This document shows, one piece after another, positions 57,001-64,000 of a stretch of 64,000 bases of DNA. The notes beneath the pieces are model-generated. The model did not search any database, had not been told where the DNA came from, and saw only the letters and a list, made by a program, of their open reading frames with translations. Location of the stretch: NCBI GenBank assembly GCA_000004985.1, contig GG738913.1; one strand, 5' to 3'. Position numbers and translations under genes: made by a program. This DNA comes from Naegleria gruberi (taxonomy: Eukaryota). How positions within the stretch are numbered: position 1 is the first letter of the stretch; every line of letters begins with the position of its first letter.

Positions 57001-57297
57001 TTAATGGAATCTTTTCTTCATGTTTCTTATCAACTTTCTAAAATCAAATTATTCGAAACTAGACTAAATACAAAAACTTACTTCACTGTCTTTAAAACAC
57101 AACATCTTCCTACCTGTCAAGACTACAAATCTTTTATATGATGACTTTTGAAAGAATTTCTTTTTCGAATTTTCCAAAACGAGTTTTCCACTCTTTTTCA
57201 CACGACCAGCAAATCCAGAACTTCCAACAGCTGAAGCAGCAGCAATTCCAGAAGTGCTGATGGATGTGGATGGAGCAAGTAAGTCAATGGTTGACAT
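54053..57297 (-). CDS. PH-domain + ankyrin-repeat protein; complement(join(54053..56883,56956..57037,57082..57297))
   Basis: Exon 1 encodes PH-like strands (KLVLENSKKKFFQKSSYKRFVVLTGRKMLCFKDSE). A 44-nt intron (gtaagttttt..ttttag) leads to the 82-nt exon 2 (KVDKKHEEKIPLTRFSTIVDIENHKGF). A 72-nt intron (gtaagtaat..caatag) leads to exon 3, which completes the PH C-terminal helix (FTYWFSAENQEQRKEWMNAIENVI). At least 10 ANK repeats follow (TPLHFAAGYGHPNVVKLLVENG, PPIHAATKNGNLDAVKLLVEKYN, ...). Phases are consistent. Confidence 0.75.
56884..56955 (-). other. spliceosomal intron (72 nt, GTAAGT...CAATAG) within the PH domain
   Basis: NHKGF(c) | (aa)NTFGLKTT ... WFSAENQEQRKEWMNAIENV. Joins the 57064..57297 ORF frame to the 54053..56755 ORF frame. 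Confidence 0.75.
57038..57081 (-). other. spliceosomal intron (44 nt, GTAAGT...TTTTAG) within the PH domain
   Basis: FKDSE | KVDKKHEE. Confidence 0.7.
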
Positions 57298-58893
57298 GTT
57301 TTTTTTTTATGTTTGATTTTTGTGTGTTGATGGATGACTGATGGCAATATTGAAAAGTTTTTACATGACAGGAGATGGAAATAGTACATTGTTGGAGGAT
57401 GAACATCTTTTGCTTGAAGTGAAAGTTTGAGAATGATAAGGATTTGTGTTATCCTAAAGTGATTATGTATTCGATTCGAATGGTGTGAAATTTCATATGG
57501 AGGAAGAACCCATTCAATTTAAACAAATAATAATTATTAATTTTGTTTTAAGTTTAAACTACTATTTTTGAATGCATCTTCAATTCTCTTCAATTCTTTG
57601 CTATGCTTCAATGGTTTGCTTCTTGCATTTCTTTCAAATTTTAAACAAACATAATAAAAGTAAATTATTTCTGAATTTTGTTGAATTCTGATTGAATATG
57701 AGGAATGGACTTTTTTTCGATTGTAAATTACAAAATAAAGTGAAAATATTTTGAGTTGCTTAATAAGCGACCTCAATTCCGAGTTGTTAACAATTTTCCA
57801 TGCTCAAAAAATTATTCAAATGTCTGGAAATAACAAGAAAGGAACTCCACAAAGGAAACAACACACTGTATCATCTCCATCTCATCCTAAACAAAGAGTG
57901 GACCCACTACTCCCTCCCAAAAACTGTTGCGCTCATTAATCTTTGGTAAGGGATTAATTTCTGAGTGAGGTTTTTATCAATATTTCGGAAACATTGTAAA
58001 ATTTTCTTTATTTCACTAACATTTCTTTCTCATATTCGCATTTATCGTTGGTCTGACGTTTTTTTTCTTATCCTTAGGATAATGATATTATCTCAAGACC
58101 TGCTCAATAAAGATTTATATTCTTCAAAGCAGGTTCCAGACTGTTTCACCATTAAGGTGAACAGTCTCTGAGCTTTAATACCCATTTGTTTTTATTAATT
58201 TGCAATGTAACATAAGCTTTATGGTGCTTAATGGTTCCTGGCAATTCAGAATAGTCCAACGACAAACCCGTTGCACTTGAATGTTTTGCTGCATACCCTT
58301 CTATTAATAAGAAAAGTTATGATATTAATACATTGAAACCAGCCATTCAATTCTTTGCAGACGTGGAAGGTTGGCAACTCAATGTAGCTGGTAGTTTTTC
58401 AAGAGTTAAGAAAGGTCTTACTAAAGCCTACTATATTGTGGATCGTTCTAAACTCAAACGTAATGGTTTCTCTTCTTATGATATTAAATCATATGTTGAT
58501 TCGATTTCATCACATAATGAATATAGTATTGATAATAATCTAATAAATATTCGTAAAGTGATTTGACTGTATTCCTTACTCAAACACATTTTCAAATAAT
58601 ATTATCCAATCCGAGATTTATCCAAAAAGCCAAGCCCATAAAAATTCAACCAGATTGCCCTTTTTAATTAAGCCATAATATATCCAAAAAAAGCGGTTTG
58701 GATTCTGGATACTAATTCTAGGAATCAGGATTTTATTTTCAATTATAATAGTCAAGTGAGAACAAGAGGAGCACTATTCTCGATAATACATAATACAAAT
58801 GCTTCAACTAAGAGTGAATCAAATGAATGGACATTTAAAAATTGCTTTGAGCAATTTAAATTGAACTGTAAATATATTGAAGAAACGTTAGAT

Positions 58894-61800
58894 CTATTGG
58901 AGAACCTTTTTACAAGTTTGATATATATTATCCAAACTTTCTGCCATGTGTGATGAATCTGTTGTTCTGGAAATATTGCAAATTTCTCTCAGGGTTTGTT
59001 CATATCTCAATAATTGTGCCCTCATGGACTGATTTTCAAACCTCAAAGCATCCATTGTTGAACTTTTCAATTGTAATAATCCTTTCAATAGATCGACATG
59101 TGTAAAATGTTTGGTCGGCTCCTTTAGAATTTCTAATAGATTATTCATAATTTTGAGATAATGAATACATTCTCCTCTGTGTGTTGAACGAGATTGGATC
59201 ATTGTAATTAAACACCTTCCAAGAATATCATTGAATAGCACCTTTTCCAAAAAAGAATTAGGATGGGAGCAAATAACCTCAAGATTTGGATCTATAAACT
59301 TGTCAATTTCCTTTCTAATAGATTGATGAAGCATGGCCTCTCCTTGTGGAGTACTTAATAACTTGAAAAAGTAATTTTTTCCAACTCCAAATAAACAAGA
59401 TGAACCAGAATCTTCATTCGTTGATATAATACTCAATGTTCTGTTGCAGATCATTTTCATTAAGACACATCCCATTGAGTAAGTGTCACAATTCTTTGAG
59501 ATTTTGAAATTTTCCGTTTGTTTGCCTTCTTCCTCATCATAAACCTCTGGAGCAAGATATTACCATGTCCCTATATTCACTGATATTGAGTGGTTGGATT
59601 GAATAACTTTGGAATTGTCAAAATCAATGAGTTTGGCATGTCCTTCATTGTTGATTATTACATTTGCCAACTTTAAATCTGTACAAAATTTCAGTATTGA
59701 TTTTGAAAACAATAAACATACCTCTGTGTGTGAAATTTAGATTATGCAAACTGATGACACCCTCAAGAACTTCAGTAAAGTACTGTAAAACTTCAATCAA
59801 ATCTTGAGTGGATAAGCAATGCTCCAAATTTAAATAATTTTGGTGCATTTCTGACATTACATGATCCAAAGGAGATCCCATTTCCATAATTAAATAGCTA
59901 TACTTGCTATTATGCAACTCATAAAAATTACATTCAAATGTTTTGACAATACCCTTCAAATTTGGTGTTTTCTGCATTTAAAGTTGTGAGTTAATGGAGT
60001 ATGAGGTAGGAGACTTTTTACGGGCAATTTTTCAACAATTTCTTCAATCCTACCGTCTCTAACATATTGATAGAGTTGAAATAGAAATTGAACATCCTCT
60101 CTAAGTTGTTCGGTCTCTAGGACGTAATTTAAAATCTGTTTGTTCTCATAAAGTTTGTTAATTTTTACACAGTCCAAAATTAGTTCAGTATCCAATTTTT
60201 TAGTCGAGTAGAGGATGGCCAATCCAAAAGTTTTGGTAGCTGTCAAGATAATATTTGAATCGCTTTGTAGGGAATTTGATGCAAATTTCAAAAGTTCACC
60301 TTTTTTCTCAATGAGTGGAGTGATAAGATTCTTTCCATACTTGAATTTTTCAGAGGCGAATTGAATGGAAAGTGGATTTTGAGCAATCGCCATCTGAACT
60401 ATTTGTAAATCCTCTTTGAAAATACCTGGAACTATTTCAAGAAGCAATCCGTTCCTTTCTACATATTCCAATATCTTCATTTTGTCGTTTTTCAATTCTC
60501 TAGAAGCATATTCGAAAGAATAATAGTTTTGAGAAACTGCAAGATCAACTATTGTAGGATTATTCCTCAATCTTTCAGATGCATACTTTAAAGATAGTCC
60601 TCTCGATTTTACAGCAATAGAAACGAGACTTTCATCATCCTGAAAGGAGTTTGGAAGAAATTCCAAAGCATATCCATTAAATTCGAGCAACTCCTTCATT
60701 GTTTCAATGCTTACAGTATTCCAATCTGTAAATTTTTGGAGAAGCATTACATTTCTTTCTGTCAATTCTTTTACAGACATATTTTCCTTCATTTCCAAGT
60801 TTAAATAAGAAAATTCCTGTTTCATCAAGAAATTAATAAACACCTGCAGTGCTGGGCAATCAGTTTTGATTCGAATAAAGTGTTCTAAATAATCCATGCC
60901 ATGGATTATGTTATTTTTCGTAACCTTGTTACCAATACCGCCTCTACTAGTTTCACTTTGAGGAAATACCAAAGCCAATAGAAAATAGTATTGAACGGCC
61001 ATTTCTGATGTTGTTATGGCTACTGCCTTCATATCATCAATCAACTTTTCAATAATTTCAAAAGTATAACTTTGTGAAAGGTTGTTGATATATCTGAAAA
61101 CGATATCGACTCCCAAAATTGTTAGATTTGAAATCATACTTCTTATACTGGAACGATAGTCCATTGCTAGGAACCAGTAATTAATGTTCTTCCAATAAAT
61201 TTCCTTTAACAATTCCAAATTACAACAATTTCTTGATTTCTGTTGAAACATTTTCTTGAAACAAAACTCAATTAATTCAAAATCTTTTTCATCTTGAGTA
61301 GTTTCTACAAATTCTCTAAAAATACTGAAAGATTTGTTAAGGTTACGAATTGACTGATTGTAATATGTTTGTAAGAGCATTGCTTTAAATCTTAAAGTTG
61401 CTTCCTTGGATAGTATTTGACTAATTACACCATTTTCGTCCAACAACATGCTGCATTCCGTGAGAGAGCAATAGCAATGTAGATCTTTTGATTCTTTAAC
61501 TAGCATCAATGCATCAAGAATATCTAGTTGTGTTACATGGGAAATAAAAATGAAATTGTCAATAGATATTCTTTCGTTAATAGAAATGACCTCTTGCGGT
61601 AGGTTTCGAATGCTCTTTTGTCTAAGATTCAACAATTTAAGCAGACTGGGACCAAAATATTTACCTTCATCATCGTACACAATTCCTGAATCACGAAATT
61701 GTTTCTTAGCTGATCCATCACTATTAAATAAAATTGAGGAATATTGAGAGTGGACCAAACCTTTAGTCAGCACAATATAATTCTTTTCATCTAACATCAT

Positions 61801-62983
61801 GAGTTCTCTAATGTCATATCCAAAATCCAATGGATCTGTATTTGTTTCATAATCCATTAATAAATTGAATGCTTGATGAATTTTATCATCCATGATAAAT
61901 TGAAAAGCTTTTTGAATTATTGAATGATCTTTTTTGGTTGGAATCTTAATATTTGGATGTGTGAATTTCATAACAATTTGAGTAGTAGACTTGTAATTAG
62001 TGATTCCTTCGATAGTTACAAATAGTCCATGAATGGTTTCTTGAATATTAGTGAATTTTGTTTGTTTCAATTTTGAACCTTCTTGGTGTTGGCTCATTAA
62101 TTCTTCTACAGTCAATGTCTGAAATAAATCAACACTTTTGTCTTTGTTAATATTGTAAAATTGTAATGTTTTTCCATCATGTGAAATACAGGAAGCTAAT
62201 ATTGGTTGACAAATTGAAATTCTCTTAAAAAAATAACCATTAAAAGTGATATCATTCTTTTCAATATTTGAAATCAATTGAGCAACAACTTGAATCTCTG
62301 TCTTTCCATTTCTAATATCGGCTTCATCTCCATTCAACACAATCTCTTTCAAAATTGTTTCGGTTTTGTAATCATACACTACATACACATTCCTAAATCT
62401 CAATACCATACTATTTGCGAGAAAAATCAATGAATCACATCTTTTAGATTCAAATTTCTCCAAATTAAATCTTTTTTCAAAAGATAGAAATAAAAAAGTC
62501 ACTGGTAATTTTCTGTAAACTGTAAATCGAAATTCCTTTCCCCAAACAATACAAAAAGAATCGTCTAAACTTTGTAAAGGAATTCTTCTTGTACAAGAAA
62601 TCAATTCTCCTGTTTCTTTCTTTTGGAAAATGGAATTTCTTTCCTTTAGTGTAAAATCCAAATCAGATCCAGTCTTCTGGAATGCGTTACCCTCAAATTT
62701 AATTGTCAGCTCTTTTCCTAAAGCTGAAAAACTGTAAGAAAAGAGTTGTACAATAGAATTCACACCTTCACCTTGTAAACTTTTATCAATTACTGTTGAG
62801 TAATGAACAAGCAACATTCCTTTTTCTTCATGACATTCAATTTTTTGAATGGAACAAGTTTCGGGTGAATTTTCTTGGAATAAATGTTGGTGGTGAAAAC
62901 TTACCACAAAATAATTCCCAAATTTGTTCCACAAATAACTTGCTGATATTTTGAATCAAAGGTTGAACAAGTAATCGAGCCAT
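58894..62983 (-). CDS. DUF4116-repeat + C-terminal Ser/Thr protein-kinase-domain protein carrying an in-frame TAA; complement(join(58894..59678,59722..59971,60022..62873,62905..62983))
   Basis: A large N-terminal region with DUF4116-like repeats (ALEFLPNSFQDDESLVSIAV, LSLKYASERLRNNPTIVDLAVSQN, YSFEYASRELKNDKMKILEYV...). Kinase subdomains are split by two introns: ...EKLP | KTPNLKGIVKTFE (50 nt, GTAAAA..CAG) and NFTHR | DLKLANVIINNEGHAKLIDFD (43 nt, GTATGT..ACAG). Then SISVNIGTW-TAA-YLAPEVY...CDTYSMGCVLM. The 5' exon (MARLLVQPLIQNISKLFVEQIWELFC) and its 31-nt intron are tentative. Confidence 0.55.
59560..59562 (-). other. in-frame TAA stop inside the conserved kinase activation-segment motif (GTW-*-YLAPE)
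   Basis: Minus-strand codons ...ata ggg aca tgg TAA tat ctt gct cca gag... The reading frame remains open and kinase-like for 220 more codons downstream. Confidence 0.8.
59679..59721 (-). other. spliceosomal intron (43 nt, GTATGT...GTACAG) splitting the HRD motif
   Basis: cac aga g | gtatgtttattg...ttttgtacag | at tta aag restores HRDLK. Confidence 0.75.
59972..60021 (-). other. spliceosomal intron (50 nt, GTAAAA...TGCAG)
   Basis: Joins the 59956..62934 ORF frame to the 59645..59977 ORF frame with phase 0. It removes the TGA that ends the upstream ORF. Confidence 0.6.
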
Positions 62984-64000
62984 GTTGTGCGGAATCAAAG
63001 TGAAAACATTGGCAAGTTTTCATTAGTGGACCTGATGTCATTTTTTACTAATAATTACAACGCGGTCATGTTTAAAAAATCTTATTTTTGGTTCACAGTT
63101 TGGAATTTATTTTTCATGTGATGAACACCAAATTGTGAAAGATCTGATTCAGGAAAACAGTCCTTCGAACTGAATTCAATGAACCCAATTCGAGTGAATT
63201 CAGATGCCTGCCCAACAGGTTATGGAATTACAATTGAGGCGACAATGTTACGGCAATTTCCTCTAAAAGGAGAGGTTATGGAGTCGTAAAAGAACTCTCA
63301 AATTGCCAGAGACCTCTACAAGATCTTGATGAGAAGAAAATGGTCGATTTCAAAGGAGAACAATTATGCAGTCGTTTAACATCCCAAGAACTACTTGATT
63401 TAGTTCAGACAGAATTTGGAGAACACTCTATGGACGGATTCGTGAATTAACCACAACAATTCAGTTCAACTCATGGATAGAGAACGACACATTCTTGAAT
63501 CCTTGGGAACAAAATCTAACGAGTTATTGTGTTCCTCCTTTGGGCTAATTTCTCAAGCTCTAGTTCACTGCATAAAGTCAGAACCCCCCGACAGTTCCAA
63601 CAGTTGTTTCTTTTACAATATCTCTATATTAGATATTGCAAAAGAAACAACTATTCCAAACTAATCATTTTGGTCAAGTTTTGCTTCTGATTATTGATGA
63701 TATTGATTAATAGACCAAACTGGAAACCGATTCTGAAACTAATTTCCCTGAACGCCGTAAAATCTGTTATCCGAAACTCACGAATGTCAAGTAACCATTC
63801 AACATCCGTTAAAAAATGTCGCAACTTGATGTCAGCTCACATAATGCAAGAGATTCGTCTATTCCACTCCGTGCTACTACTTCTACCCTTCTAAAACAAT
63901 CAACACTCGAGCAATCGTGTGAGAAAGTAAACGAAAGTTCATTAATCATTGAAACATTTCCTTCCCAACATTCTATTGGAAATCAAACACGAAAGGTTCA

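Noticed and set aside
57823-57942. 40-aa ORF MSGNNKKGTPQRKQHTVSSPSHPKQRVDPLLPPKNCCAH with a Rab-like CCxx C-terminus
   Set aside because: It is far too short to encode a GTPase and no upstream exons are evident. It is probably a spurious ORF in a spacer.
1-64000. Looked for prokaryotic-style features (operons, CRISPR repeats, integrase/transposase, tRNA/rRNA genes)
   Set aside because: None is present. The sequence is eukaryotic, with spliceosomal introns, signal peptides and eukaryote-specific domains (F-box, RCC1, 14-3-3, actin, ankyrin, RGS). No tRNA-like T-arm or anticodon-stem patterns were found in intergenic regions.

Overview
The window reads as gene-dense, AT-rich eukaryotic (protist) nuclear DNA, not prokaryotic. 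There is no rRNA, tRNA, CRISPR array, transposase, reverse transcriptase or integrase that I can support. I call about 30 protein-coding genes on both strands, roughly one per 2 kb. Many are interrupted by very short spliceosomal introns (31 to 157 nt; donors GTAAGT, GTATGT, GTAGGT, GTGAGT, GTAAAA). I mapped these by requiring conserved protein motifs to be restored across the splice: HRDLKPGN, DLWGD..NTASRMES, WCGPCK, the PH-domain C-terminal helix, HRDLK. Start codons sit in A-rich contexts (aaaaaaaATG). Gene content is dominated by signalling and adhesion components. The most striking is a giant secreted NHL-repeat / EGF / GPS / 7TM / RGS receptor. Others include a receptor Ser/Thr kinase with a Pmp-like beta-helix ectodomain, a polytopic PAS adenylate/guanylate cyclase, five F-box proteins (three of them an F-box/LRR paralog family), two START-like paralogs, two RCC1-repeat proteins and a PH-ankyrin protein. 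There is also a three-thioredoxin-domain protein, an actin-family protein, a hemerythrin, an NmrA-like reductase and a 14-3-3. The combination of hemerythrin, many PAS-cyclase or kinase-type signalling proteins, short introns and this gene density suggests a free-living amoeboflagellate (heterolobosean, Naegleria-like) genome; this is inference only. Two genes carry apparent coding defects worth checking. The 14-3-3 has a junction that cannot be spliced canonically. A DUF4116-repeat kinase has an in-frame TAA inside the conserved GT-x-YLAPE motif. A 1.3 kb ORF-free segment (14780-16077) with relatively higher GC, a repeated 21-mer and a perfect 10-bp hairpin lies upstream of the cyclase gene.
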